DNA of 64,000 nucleotides from an uncultured Erysipelotrichaceae bacterium (GTDB taxonomy: Bacteria > Bacillota_I > Bacilli_A > RF39 > UBA660). Location: assembly GCA_902798815.1 (NCBI GenBank), contig CADBYH010000003.1, positions 4,431 to 68,430 on the forward strand, given 5' to 3'. A program made the position numbers and the translations under genes. A model generated the notes under the pieces. That model was given only the letters and a program-made list of their open reading frames with translations, was not told where the DNA came from and ran no database searches. Below are positions 30,526-40,390 of the stretch, in pieces (the first letter of the stretch is position 1; each line of letters opens with the position of its first letter).

Positions 30526-31247
30526 TGAAGTTAAACAATAAGGGTATGACAATAATAGAAGTATTAGTTTGTTTTGTACTTGTTTCTACTATTATGATGT
30601 CACTATTTTCAACAGTTTCTTCTTTTAATGATAAAAGATTAGAAGAAAAGTATAGATCAAGTGTTCTTACATATAAGAATGTTTTAACTAAAGTTATTCA
30701 AGATGATTTTGTAAAGATTGGTTTAGCAGATGTTAGAATTAGAGAATCAAAAGAAGGAGAATCTGGTGATACATATAAGACTAGGATATATACTGTAGAA
30801 TGTACATTAAAAGATTCTACAAAAAGAACTCTTAAGATTTCACAGAAATATACAAAAACTCCAGGACATTTAGATGGTATAGTTGGAGAAGATGACGAAT
30901 TTAAAATTCAATATGGTAAACCTAATGAATTAGAGGATTATCCATTACCTGAATTAGGAGAAACATATGGAAAATATGATAATTCGCTTCATGTTTTTAA
31001 TCCATGTGAAACAGCAAGTTCAGATTGTTCTTATTCTAAAGATTTACAAATAAATAATGTATTAATTACTATTAATAATGAAGAGTTAGATGGTAGTGCT
31101 GAAAGTCATATTCTTGTAGTATATATAGAGTTTTATCATCCGGATTTAGGTAATAGGTACGCTATTAATATAGTAAGTCCAATAAATTTTGTAACTAATG
31201 TTGCTGGTACTGCAAATAGATTTAATTTTCCAGTTACTCAAAGTTAA
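30525..31247 (+). CDS. prepilin-type pseudopilin-like protein (minor pilin)
   Basis: MKLNNKGMTIIEVLVCFVLVSTIMMSLF has an N-terminal hydrophobic helix with Glu at +5. Start overlaps the upstream stop (ATAATG). Confidence 0.5.
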   Translation: MKLNNKGMTIIEVLVCFVLVSTIMMSLFSTVSSFNDKRLEEKYRSSVLTYKNVLTKVIQDDFVKIGLADVRIRESKEGESGDTYKTRIYTVECTLKDSTKRTLKISQKYTKTPGHLDGIVGEDDEFKIQYGKPNELEDYPLPELGETYGKYDNSLHVFNPCETASSDCSYSKDLQINNVLITINNEELDGSAESHILVVYIEFYHPDLGNRYAINIVSPINFVTNVAGTANRFNFPVTQS

Positions 31248-32117
31248 TAAAGTAATAAATATTGTTAAAGAAAGAATTAATCCAATTATTCTTCCATAAA
31301 TATAATTTTTGTATTTAATAGGAGTATCCGAAAGGATACTTTTTATTTGTAATTGTATTGATAATGATCCAAAAGAAATAAAAGAAATAATAAAAATAGA
31401 TTTTAAAATGATATTATTTATTAATGTAGTTGAATAAACTCCTTTTGTTAAATCAAATATTCCATTAATAAATGTATAAATATATATATTGTTAAAATTA
31501 TTAATTAATGCTGAAATTAGATAAAAAAAGATACTCGTACCATATATTATAATAATTGTTTTAGTACTTTTCAGAATGCATTTTACTAAAGAATTAGAAA
31601 AATCTTTAGGATAATTAATGGGAGAAGTAATTTTATTTTTATTATTGTTTAAAAATAAAAAAATAATAATATTACTTAGAATTAAGGAGATAAGTATTAT
31701 ATAAGTAATTGATTTATTGTTGGTAATTAATAATACGGAGTTTAATATAAATAGAGGATTAGGAAAATGAGAAAACATTATTATTTTATTAGCGTCATTT
31801 AAATCAATAATATTTTTTTTTAATAGTTCTTTTGTATATATTGCTCCTGATGGAAATCCACTTATTAGAGATAATAATAATATATATAAATAACTTGAAT
31901 TGATTTTAAATATTTTTTGAATTATTTGAAGAAAGTTATATTCAATTAATAGATTTGAGATAGTAAAAAAAGTGAAACTTACAGGTAGTATTTTTTTTAT
32001 GAATACTTCAGTATATTCTAAGAAATTAGCTACTAATTTATCTGTATATATAATATAGAATATTAAAATGATTAATAAAGTGACAAGTATTAGTATACTT
32101 TTATAATTTTTTTTCAT
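31146..32117 (-). CDS. YlbJ-like polytopic membrane protein (nucleoside-recognition/Gate-type domains)
   Basis: Highly hydrophobic 323 aa with GFPSGAIY and FSHFPNPLFI motifs reminiscent of YlbJ. Adjacent to a YlbL-like gene as in Bacillus. The 3' end overlaps the convergent pseudopilin gene by ~100 bp. Confidence 0.4.
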   Translation of the reverse strand: MKKNYKSILILVTLLIILIFYIIYTDKLVANFLEYTEVFIKKILPVSFTFFTISNLLIEYNFLQIIQKIFKINSSYLYILLLSLISGFPSGAIYTKELLKKNIIDLNDANKIIMFSHFPNPLFILNSVLLITNNKSITYIILISLILSNIIIFLFLNNNKNKITSPINYPKDFSNSLVKCILKSTKTIIIIYGTSIFFYLISALINNFNNIYIYTFINGIFDLTKGVYSTTLINNIILKSIFIISFISFGSLSIQLQIKSILSDTPIKYKNYIYGRIIGLILSLTIFITLLTLSNWKIKSICSTSNISYKIYWTYYINSVPIT

Positions 32118-32151
32118 ATTTCTCCTTTTTATTTGTTATAATTTAAGTAGG

Positions 32152-33180
32152 GTGAAAATCATGCTTAAAAAGATATGTGGTTACATAAAAGAGTTTATTA
32201 TTGAAGAGTATAAGTTTTTACTTATTACTACTATATTATTAATTATATTAAATATACCTTTAAATTATTATATTGTTGTTGGGGGAGGCATTAGTGATGC
32301 TAATGACAGAATAGAGGTTGAGAAGCAACATAAGAGTAAAGGTAGTTTTAATATTAGTTATGTTACTCAATTAAATGCTAATGTTCTTGCATATGGTTTA
32401 AGTTTTATTATACCTTCATGGGAAGTTGAAGATGCTGATTTATATAAATATGATTCTGACGAAAGTATGGATGATATTAATTTTAGAAGTGAACTTGATT
32501 TAAAGACTGCGAGTGGTACAGCAACATATTGGGCATATACACTTGCTAAAAAAGATGTTAAGGAAACATCTAGACATTTGTATGTGATAGCAACTTATCC
32601 TAATGATTATAAAACAGATTTAAAAGTACAAGATGAAATACTTAGCATGGATGGCAATAGTTATGACAATTCTAAAGATTATATAGATTATATTCAAACT
32701 AAAGGTGTTGGAGATTATATAACAGTAAGAGTAAAAAGAAAGAAAAAAGAACTAGATATTAAAACAAAAGTTTATGAGAAAAGTGATAAGAAGATATTAG
32801 GGTTGTCTTTACAATATGTTAAAGAGTATAAAACAGATCCTAAAGTTAATATAAAATTTAAAAGAAATGAGTCTGGACCTTCTGGTGGTTTAATAACTAC
32901 TCTTGAGATATATAATCAATTAGTTAATAAGGATATAACTAAAGGTAAGATTATTGCTGGTACTGGAACAATTGAAGAAGATGGAAGTATAGGTCAAATA
33001 GGTGGAATAGAACATAAAGTATATGGAGCTGAACGAGCAAAGGCAGATGTATTTTTATCTCCAGGAGGGGATAATTATAAAGATGCTAAAAAGTATATTA
33101 AAGAAAAACATTTAAAAATTAAATTAATAAAGGTAAATACAATACAGGATGCGATTAAAAAGTTGGAGGAGATAGGTTGA
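32152..33180 (+). CDS. PDZ-domain Lon-like (S16) serine protease, YlbL/SepM family
   Basis: N-terminal TM, PDZ region, and a C-terminal Lon proteolytic domain with SGPSGGL around the catalytic Ser and a downstream Lys (GAERAKADVF). Confidence 0.7.
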   Translation: MKIMLKKICGYIKEFIIEEYKFLLITTILLIILNIPLNYYIVVGGGISDANDRIEVEKQHKSKGSFNISYVTQLNANVLAYGLSFIIPSWEVEDADLYKYDSDESMDDINFRSELDLKTASGTATYWAYTLAKKDVKETSRHLYVIATYPNDYKTDLKVQDEILSMDGNSYDNSKDYIDYIQTKGVGDYITVRVKRKKKELDIKTKVYEKSDKKILGLSLQYVKEYKTDPKVNIKFKRNESGPSGGLITTLEIYNQLVNKDITKGKIIAGTGTIEEDGSIGQIGGIEHKVYGAERAKADVFLSPGGDNYKDAKKYIKEKHLKIKLIKVNTIQDAIKKLEEIG

Positions 33181-33725
33181 GAATAGGAATAGATATAGAT
33201 GATACGATTTGTTGTACATCTGAAATAGTAAAAGATAGATTGGAAAAATATGCTATAAAAGAGCATATGGATCCTCTTGATATAATGAATAATGAAGAGT
33301 TAAAAAGTGCCTTCTTTAGTATTTACTTAGAAGATATTTATAGTAATGTTGAAATAAAAAAGAATGCTAGTGAAGTTTTGAAGAGATTAAAGAGTAAGGG
33401 AAATGAAATATACCTTATTACTGCAAGATCAAATTATTTTGTTAAAACAGTAAAGAATAATTTTGAAATAATTGAAAGATGGATGAAAGAACATAATATT
33501 GAGATAGATGGTATTGTAGCATCTGCATATGGTGAAGAGAAGGCAGATGTATGTAAAAGATATAATATTGATTTAATGATAGATGATGATCCTTATAATT
33601 ATCAAAAAATCATATCTAGTGGAATAAAATGTGTTTTATTTGATGATAAAGAAAAATATGAATTAAAAGATAATTATGTTTCAAATTGGTTAGAATTAGA
33701 AAAGTATATAGAAAGGAATAGATAG
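33177..33725 (+). CDS. HAD-superfamily 5'(3')-deoxyribonucleotidase-like hydrolase
   Basis: HAD motif I DIDDT at the N-terminus, motif III K, motif IV DD (MIDDDP). Overlaps the upstream gene by 4 nt. Confidence 0.5.
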   Translation: MRIGIDIDDTICCTSEIVKDRLEKYAIKEHMDPLDIMNNEELKSAFFSIYLEDIYSNVEIKKNASEVLKRLKSKGNEIYLITARSNYFVKTVKNNFEIIERWMKEHNIEIDGIVASAYGEEKADVCKRYNIDLMIDDDPYNYQKIISSGIKCVLFDDKEKYELKDNYVSNWLELEKYIERNR

Positions 33726-33726
33726 T

Positions 33727-34509
33727 ATGAAAAGGGTTGTAAGTTATTTAATTATTGTTTTAGTAATGCTTGGTTTAGTAGAGGTTAATGCTAGTAATTA
33801 TGAAATGATGGAGTTAATTCCTTTGGATGTAGATACTACAATAAGAGGAGATAATTTTTTGTATAAAGATATATCTTATGAAAAAGGTAGTATTAAATTT
33901 GGTTCTATAAAAAATATGAGTGATGAGAAGAAGTCTCTTACAGTTTCTATAGGATTATTTAATAAGAAAAAGAGAAATATTGGAATTATTAATTATTGTT
34001 CTACAGAAGATGCGTTAGATGCTAATGATTTTGTTGAAAATTTCTCTATATCTATTACTAAAGAATATTTAGGGAAAGATTATTCAATAGATGATGTAAA
34101 GTATATAGCAATTTTAAATGAAAACATTAACTGTAGATTAACAGGTTCAGATGAATTTTTAGGTAGAAGAGTACAAGAAATTTATAAAGCTGGAAATGGT
34201 TCTTTATCTCAAAGTACAATAATACTTATTGATATGATAAAAGTAATAGGTTGTTGTTTATTGTTATTATTCTTATATAAATTTTTATTTACTAAGGCAT
34301 ATAGAAATATGGATGGGGAAGATGTAAGACAAGAATACGCTTATATTAATAAACAGTTAAAAAAAGAAAGAGAAGAAAAGAAGAAAAATGAAGTTCCTAA
34401 ACCAAAAGTGGTTAAGACACATAAGAATGAAAAAATAATTGCTCAAGAAAAGAGTGAAGGAGAAAAAGAAAACAAAGATAATTCTAATCTACATAATTTT
34501 TATAAATAA
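33727..34509 (+). CDS. type I membrane protein with Lys/Glu-rich cytoplasmic tail
   Basis: Signal peptide, one TM (VIGCCLLLLFLYKFLF), charged tail. Confidence 0.4.
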   Translation: MKRVVSYLIIVLVMLGLVEVNASNYEMMELIPLDVDTTIRGDNFLYKDISYEKGSIKFGSIKNMSDEKKSLTVSIGLFNKKKRNIGIINYCSTEDALDANDFVENFSISITKEYLGKDYSIDDVKYIAILNENINCRLTGSDEFLGRRVQEIYKAGNGSLSQSTIILIDMIKVIGCCLLLLFLYKFLFTKAYRNMDGEDVRQEYAYINKQLKKEREEKKKNEVPKPKVVKTHKNEKIIAQEKSEGEKENKDNSNLHNFYK

Positions 34510-34538
34510 GAATGTATTGATATACATTCTTTTTCTTT
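34509..34538 (+). terminator. rho-independent terminator (AGAATGTAT-tgat-ATACATTCT plus T-run)
   Basis: Perfect 9-bp stem and T-tract read directly. Confidence 0.65.
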
Positions 34539-34829
34539 CCCATAATTTCCCATAGAATTGTAATATTTATAACACATTTTATTTATATAATTAATGCAGA
34601 AAGGAGGAAAAATAAATATAAAAATCAATCACATAATTTCACATAATATTTAGATAATTCTTACACAATTAAGTATTATGATGTTTATATAAGAGGAGGG
34701 ATGCTAATAAGATAGAGAATGTATAAGCAATAAATAGTGAATAATTTATATTTAATATAATTGATTAATATATAAAGGAGGTAATGCTGATAGTATAAAA
34801 AAATGATATAATAATGATGGGTGATAATT

Positions 34830-35489
34830 ATGTATACAATATGTTTAGTAGAAGATGAGGTTGCTTTATCTAATATAGTTAAAACATATTTAGAAAGAGC
34901 AGGGTATGATGTTGTTTCATTCACTAAAGGAAGTGATGCAATAGCGTATATTGGGAATAAAGTTGATTTATGGATCTTAGATATAATGTTGGGAGATGAT
35001 ATAAATGGATATGATGTAATCAAATCAATCCGAGAAAAAGATGAGAATGTTCCTGTAATATTTACATCTGCTAGAGATCAAGAACTTGATAAAATATTTG
35101 GTCTTGAACTTGGAAGTGATGATTACATAACAAAACCATATTCTAGTAAAGAACTAGTATTGAGAGTAAATAATATAATAAAAAGAGTTTATAAGAATAC
35201 AGATAATAACATAATTAATTATGATAATTATGTTATAAATATAGAAAAAAGAACTATCGAAGAAAATCAAAAAGAAATAAAACTTACTACACTTGAATTT
35301 GATCTAATGATTATGTTTCTGCATAATAAAGGGAAATGCTTTTCTAGGGAAGAGATACTTGAAAATGTATGGGGAAATGATTATTTTGGTACTGATAGAG
35401 TTGTTGATGACTTAGTAAGAAGACTTAGAAAGAAACTACCTAATATGAAAATAGAAGCAATCTATGGGTATGGGTATAGAGTGTTATGA
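34830..35489 (+). CDS. OmpR/PhoB-family response regulator
   Basis: Receiver domain (EDE ... LDIMLGDDINGYDV ... K) and C-terminal winged-helix (LTTLEFDLMIMFLHNKGKCFSREEIL...YGYGYRV). Start set at ATG 34830. Confidence 0.8.
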   Translation: MYTICLVEDEVALSNIVKTYLERAGYDVVSFTKGSDAIAYIGNKVDLWILDIMLGDDINGYDVIKSIREKDENVPVIFTSARDQELDKIFGLELGSDDYITKPYSSKELVLRVNNIIKRVYKNTDNNIINYDNYVINIEKRTIEENQKEIKLTTLEFDLMIMFLHNKGKCFSREEILENVWGNDYFGTDRVVDDLVRRLRKKLPNMKIEAIYGYGYRVL

Positions 35490-36766
35490 GATTTAAGAAT
35501 AATAGTTTAAGTAAACAATTGTTATTAGTTGTAGGCATAGCATTTTTTCTATTATTTATATCTTTGGGTATTATTTTACCTAGAATGTTAATTCCTGTTA
35601 CAGAAACAAATATTTATAATTATCTAAGAGAACCATTGCAGATATATGATGATAATAATATCAATACTCAATTGAATGATACTGAAATAGCATATATATA
35701 CATAACTAATGATAATATTTCTACAAGTCTTAATATAGGGGATGTTATTAAGTATAAAAATATTAACAATTTAATAGCTAAAATGAATAAAAAATATGGA
35801 AAATTTATATATAATCATAAGATTTATTACTACTACACTTTAAAATATGATGATATAACCAAGATTGCTATTACAGATGATAGTTATATTAATAATACGA
35901 AAGCATCTATATTAAGCGCAATATTTCCGTTATTATTAGGTACTTTCTTACTAATAGGACTAATGATTGTATTTTGGTCTACTGTTATGGTAAGAAAAAT
36001 TGAGAAATTAAAAAATAAAATAGATAATATAGATAATCCAGATTATAATCATAATATAGACTTTATGATGGATGATGAAATTAGATCTCTTGCTTTAGCA
36101 ATAGAAGATATGCGTATTTCTTTAATTAACCAGGAAGAGTATCGCAATCAGATGTATCAAAATATTTCACATGATTTTAAAACTCCACTCACAGTAATTA
36201 AATCATATATTGAAGCAGTAGATGATGGTGTTGAAGATGAGAAGACAGCGTTGTCTACAATAAAAGAACAAACAAATAAATTAGAACAAAAAGTACACTC
36301 ACTCCTTTACTTAAATAAACTTGATTATCTCAAAAATTCATCTAAAATGACTATGGAATTAGTAGATATGGAGAAAATTGTAAGAGAAGAAGTAGAAAAG
36401 TTTAAATTTCATAGAAAAGAAATTAACTTTACTATAAATATTGATAAAAAGTCCAAGTATTATGGTTCTGTAGAAAACTGGGAAACAATCTTAGACAACT
36501 TGTTAAGTAATTTTATGAGATATGCTAAAACAGAGATTAAAATAACAGTTAAGCAAAATAGACTAATATTATATAATGATGGAGATCATATTGATAATGA
36601 TTTTCTTGAAGTTATCTTTACTCCTTTTAGAAAAGGAATTAAAGGTGAATTTGGATTAGGTTTATCTATTGTAAAGAAAACCCTTAATATAATGGGGTAT
36701 GATATTACCATAAAAAACGAAAAAAAAGGTGTGTCATTTATTATTACAGGTAAAAAGAAAAACTAA
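35486..36766 (+). CDS. sensor histidine kinase (two TM, HAMP-like, HisKA H-box, HATPase_c)
   Basis: H-box ISHDFKTPLT. N, G1 and G2 boxes (LLSNFMRYA, YNDGDHI, GLGLSIV). Overlaps the RR gene by 4 nt. Confidence 0.8.
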   Translation: MRFKNNSLSKQLLLVVGIAFFLLFISLGIILPRMLIPVTETNIYNYLREPLQIYDDNNINTQLNDTEIAYIYITNDNISTSLNIGDVIKYKNINNLIAKMNKKYGKFIYNHKIYYYYTLKYDDITKIAITDDSYINNTKASILSAIFPLLLGTFLLIGLMIVFWSTVMVRKIEKLKNKIDNIDNPDYNHNIDFMMDDEIRSLALAIEDMRISLINQEEYRNQMYQNISHDFKTPLTVIKSYIEAVDDGVEDEKTALSTIKEQTNKLEQKVHSLLYLNKLDYLKNSSKMTMELVDMEKIVREEVEKFKFHRKEINFTINIDKKSKYYGSVENWETILDNLLSNFMRYAKTEIKITVKQNRLILYNDGDHIDNDFLEVIFTPFRKGIKGEFGLGLSIVKKTLNIMGYDITIKNEKKGVSFIITGKKKN

Positions 36767-36836
36767 TTTATAGTTTTTCTTTTATTTTTTATTAAAAAAT
36801 GGTATTATATGCGTACGGGTTAGGAGTTGAGTATAT

Positions 36837-37718
36837 ATGTATTGGGATATATATGAAAGAAGAAAGATTGATAATATTAGATATTTTGATCCAGAAAGAG
36901 CAATTGCTAGTTATAAAAATTATTTTAAAAAATATCCTAAAGATTATGAGGGAATGTTTATGTATGCTTCAATGTTAATTACATTACAAAGATTTGATTT
37001 GGCTTATGAAGTTATGGAAACTGCTAATTTTTTATATAAACATAATAGAAATATAAAAGTAAATAGTGAAACCAAAAGAAGAGTAGAAAAAAGTGAAATG
37101 ATTGCTAAACTTAGATATTTATCATATACAGGTCAGTATGATGAATTATTTGATATGTTTATTGAATATAGATTATTGCATGATCCTGAGTATTCTATTC
37201 TTGTATTTTATTGTAAGAATAAACTTGGAATGATAGATGAAAAAGATATTAGTAATATAAAAAATTATAGAAAATCACAAGAAGTTAATTATAGTGAAGA
37301 TGAATTTATCAAGAGAGTTGAAAGACATTTATATGACTATAATCAAGAATTAGATGATTCTTTAAAAAGTGATAAGATTTTTGCGGAGGGATTTCCAATT
37401 GAGAAAATAATTGAAGAAGTTAGAGCAAAACTTGATAAAGATAAACGACTACTTTTTGGTTTTGTTTCAGATACATATATATTTAAATATGATTCTTGTG
37501 GATATATTGATGGCAAAATACAAGATTATTTTAAAGTGGTATGTATTCATGATACTGATGATATTATTACTATTTATCCTTCTGAAAATTGTGAGAAATT
37601 ACCTCATGTTGATTTAAATTATTTAAATGATAATAATAAAAATTATGAGAATAAAAGGCCTTCCCAGATAGAGAAGTTTAATAGAAAAATGAAGAAATAT
37701 AATGAATGTTGCAATTAA
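36837..37718 (+). CDS. hypothetical cytoplasmic protein (293 aa)
   Basis: ORF track. Helical-repeat-like N-terminus. C-terminal NECCN. Confidence 0.35.
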   Translation: MYWDIYERRKIDNIRYFDPERAIASYKNYFKKYPKDYEGMFMYASMLITLQRFDLAYEVMETANFLYKHNRNIKVNSETKRRVEKSEMIAKLRYLSYTGQYDELFDMFIEYRLLHDPEYSILVFYCKNKLGMIDEKDISNIKNYRKSQEVNYSEDEFIKRVERHLYDYNQELDDSLKSDKIFAEGFPIEKIIEEVRAKLDKDKRLLFGFVSDTYIFKYDSCGYIDGKIQDYFKVVCIHDTDDIITIYPSENCEKLPHVDLNYLNDNNKNYENKRPSQIEKFNRKMKKYNECCN

Positions 37719-37807
37719 TAATAAATGTAAAGTATGTGAAAAGAGACATTATTGTTTCTTTTTTTTATTGCTTTATTAGAAAACAAAAGATAAAATTACA
37801 ATAGAGG

Positions 37808-38692
37808 ATGGTATATATGAGTAAAATAAAGAATAAAACTATAAGGGATATTATAAGTGTTATTATGTTAGTGTTAGGTACTTTAATTGCTTCTTTTGCA
37901 TTAGAATGTTTTTTAATACCTAATACAATATTAGATGGTGGAATTACTGGTATTTCAATAATTATATATAAATTGTTTAATATACCATTATGGGTTTTAG
38001 TATTATTTTTGAATATACCTTTTATGTATATAGGGTATAAAAATTTAGGAAGAAAATTTTTATATAGAACATTATTTTCTATGATGTTATTTGCAATATT
38101 TTTATCATTCTTTGAGTTAGTAAAACCATTTACAGAGGAAATATTACTTGCGACTGTATTTGGTGGAGCTTTATATGGATTAGGTGTTGGAATAATAATA
38201 CATTTTGGTGGATGCATTGATGGAACTGAAAGTGTTGCGATGGTCATAAGTAAAAAAACATCATTTAGTGTTGGTCAAATAGTATTAGTATTTAATTTGG
38301 TTATTTTTGGTATAGCAGGATTTATATTTGGATTTGATAGGGCAATGTATTCTTTACTTACATATGTAATAACATTTAAAGTAATTGATCTAGTCTCAGA
38401 GGGATTAGAACAGGCAAAAGCAGCAATGATTATTACATCAAAAGGAACAGATCTTTCTCAGGAAATATATAAGAAACTAGGAAGAACAACTACAACAATT
38501 AGAGGTAAAGGATTGATATCTGGAGAAAAAGAAGTATTATATTGTGTACTAACAAGAATTGAAATATTTGAACTTAGACATTTGGTTGAAGAAATGGATG
38601 AAAGTGCCTTTATTACAATATTAGATGTTTCAGATATAATAGGTAATCATATAAAGTCTACGAAGAAACTTAATTTTAAAAAGAAAAAATAG
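37808..38692 (+). CDS. YitT-family membrane protein (DUF161 + DUF2179)
   Basis: FLIPNTILDGGITGISIII is the family signature; C-terminal soluble DUF2179-like domain. Confidence 0.7.
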   Translation: MVYMSKIKNKTIRDIISVIMLVLGTLIASFALECFLIPNTILDGGITGISIIIYKLFNIPLWVLVLFLNIPFMYIGYKNLGRKFLYRTLFSMMLFAIFLSFFELVKPFTEEILLATVFGGALYGLGVGIIIHFGGCIDGTESVAMVISKKTSFSVGQIVLVFNLVIFGIAGFIFGFDRAMYSLLTYVITFKVIDLVSEGLEQAKAAMIITSKGTDLSQEIYKKLGRTTTTIRGKGLISGEKEVLYCVLTRIEIFELRHLVEEMDESAFITILDVSDIIGNHIKSTKKLNFKKKK

Positions 38693-38746
38693 TATTTTTC
38701 TTTTTTTTATTTAATGATATAATACAACTGAAAAAGAGGTGATATT

Positions 38747-39220
38747 ATGCAAAATATAGATAAGTTAATATATACGTATAAACATAGAAAAATAGTTCTT
38801 ATGTTGGCGAAAAAATATTATAATAACCCAGAATTATTAGAACAATTGGAAAAACACGATTTGGATAAAATGTTTTTGTTATTGTTGTATGATAAAAGTT
38901 TGCTTAAAGGAATTCATAGAAGTATATCTTCTCATCATGATAATGATATACCAAAGACTGAACTTGATTATATAGAGATGGCTTTAGATTGGGAATCTGC
39001 AAGATATACAAAACCAGATAAACCATTAAATGCATATGATACTTTAGTTAGATTTTATCCACATTTAGAAGACAAAATATTACCTGTATTAGAAAAAATT
39101 AATTTAGATAAACCAAATACAGATATGGATGAAGATATATTAGAATATGCTAAAACTCTTGATAATGTATCAGAAGAAGATGTTAAAGAGGAACTTATAC
39201 AGTATATAAAGAAGTTATAA
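38747..39220 (+). CDS. hypothetical protein (157 aa)
   Basis: ORF track. No confident motif. Confidence 0.3.
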   Translation: MQNIDKLIYTYKHRKIVLMLAKKYYNNPELLEQLEKHDLDKMFLLLLYDKSLLKGIHRSISSHHDNDIPKTELDYIEMALDWESARYTKPDKPLNAYDTLVRFYPHLEDKILPVLEKINLDKPNTDMDEDILEYAKTLDNVSEEDVKEELIQYIKKL

Positions 39221-39221
39221 A

Positions 39222-39252
39222 AAAACTTGTACATTTTGTACAAGTTTTTATT
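39222..39252 (+). terminator. rho-independent terminator (AACTTGTACA-tttt-GTACAAGTT plus T-run)
   Basis: Read directly after the stop of 38747..39220. Confidence 0.65.
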
Positions 39253-39280
39253 AATTATTATTATTTTTATAAAAATTATA

Positions 39281-39309
39281 TTGACAAGTTTGTATGTTTT
39301 TAATATAAT
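39281..39309 (+). promoter_or_regulatory. consensus sigma-A promoter (TTGACA-17 nt-TATAAT) of the NAD salvage operon; overlaps the inverted-repeat candidate NrtR operator
   Basis: Exact consensus hexamers with 17-nt spacer. IR arms TGTTAATAAC (39309-39318) and GTTATTAACA (39351-39360) plus nested AACAAG/CTTGTT. Confidence 0.6.
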
Positions 39310-39384
39310 GTTAATAACAAGAGGAAAATCTTGTTAAAATTATAACTTAAGTTATTAACAATATGTTAAAAAGAGGTGCGTAGT

Positions 39385-39792
39385 ATGAAAGTATTGTTAA
39401 ATGAAGAGACTATTAAAGAATTAATAGAAAGATATTTTAAGGAACAACTTGATATTGATGGTATTGCTTCCATAAAAGTTTCAAAAGAATATGTTTATCA
39501 TGGAGTAAATGAATCTTTAGAATGTGTAGTTGAGTTTATAATTACTGGTACTATGACATTATCTGGTAAAACTTATGAAACTAAAATTACTATTTCTTAT
39601 GATGAAGTTGTTGAAGCAATCAAGTATTGTTTTGAAAAAGATGGTTATGTTTTCAAGGAGATGCATTTAAAAAAACAAATTGATTATGTTTCTCAAGGAT
39701 ATGGTTTGTCGGAAAGACAAGTTGGTGTTCCAAAGTTTGAAGGAATTGAAGTTAAAATAGATAGAAATAAAAAAGTAAAGGAGAAGATTTAA
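39385..39792 (+). CDS. hypothetical protein, first gene of the NAD salvage operon
   Basis: Start set at ATG 39385 (GAGGTG RBS 7 nt upstream). No recognised family. Confidence 0.4.
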   Translation: MKVLLNEETIKELIERYFKEQLDIDGIASIKVSKEYVYHGVNESLECVVEFIITGTMTLSGKTYETKITISYDEVVEAIKYCFEKDGYVFKEMHLKKQIDYVSQGYGLSERQVGVPKFEGIEVKIDRNKKVKEKI

Positions 39793-39793
39793 G

Positions 39794-40387
39794 ATGGATA
39801 TTAAGAATTTAAAATTATATAAGGGTTGTTTAGTTGTTGTTGATATGATTAATGGGTTTGTTAGAGAAGGTATGTTACATGATGAGGCAATATCTAGAAC
39901 AATTAAAAGACAAATTGAACTTATTAAGGAAGCTAAAAATGATGGAAAATTAATTGTTTTTATTAAGGATACTCATGATATTGATTCTGCAGAATTTGAA
40001 AGATTTGGAGATTTACCTCATTGTTTAAGAGGTACAACTGAGGCAGAACTTGTTGATGAATTAAAAAAATATGAAAATAATGAAGATACTATTAGTATTG
40101 AAAAGAATAGTACTAATTTTATGGAGGCACCTGATTTTAGACTATTGATGGATAATCAAACTGAGATGAATGAATTTGATATTGTGGGTTGTTGCAGTGA
40201 TATTTGTGTATTTGATGGAGCTATGGGACTTGCTGGTTATTTAGATCAAAGAAATAGAAGACATATTATTAGAGTGCATGAAGATGCGATTGCTACATAT
40301 GCAGAAGATGATAGAGGTAATTATGTTGAAGCTGCTAAATTACTTGCAGAACAACATGGTATTCAATATATTAAGAAAGGAAGATAA
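39794..40387 (+). CDS. pncA: isochorismatase-family nicotinamidase (PncA-like)
   Basis: Isochorismatase-like fold (LVVVDMINGF; Cys in CCSDICV). Sits with pncB. Confidence 0.6.
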   Translation: MDIKNLKLYKGCLVVVDMINGFVREGMLHDEAISRTIKRQIELIKEAKNDGKLIVFIKDTHDIDSAEFERFGDLPHCLRGTTEAELVDELKKYENNEDTISIEKNSTNFMEAPDFRLLMDNQTEMNEFDIVGCCSDICVFDGAMGLAGYLDQRNRRHIIRVHEDAIATYAEDDRGNYVEAAKLLAEQHGIQYIKKGR

Positions 40388-40390
40388 GAT

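Noticed and set aside
34692-34812. Micro-ORFs MLIR* and MLIV* behind GGAGG motifs as genuine leader peptides
   Set aside because: The SD-to-ATG spacing is only 1-2 nt, too short for normal initiation, so they are kept only as a sequence curiosity within the finding on the TCS leader.
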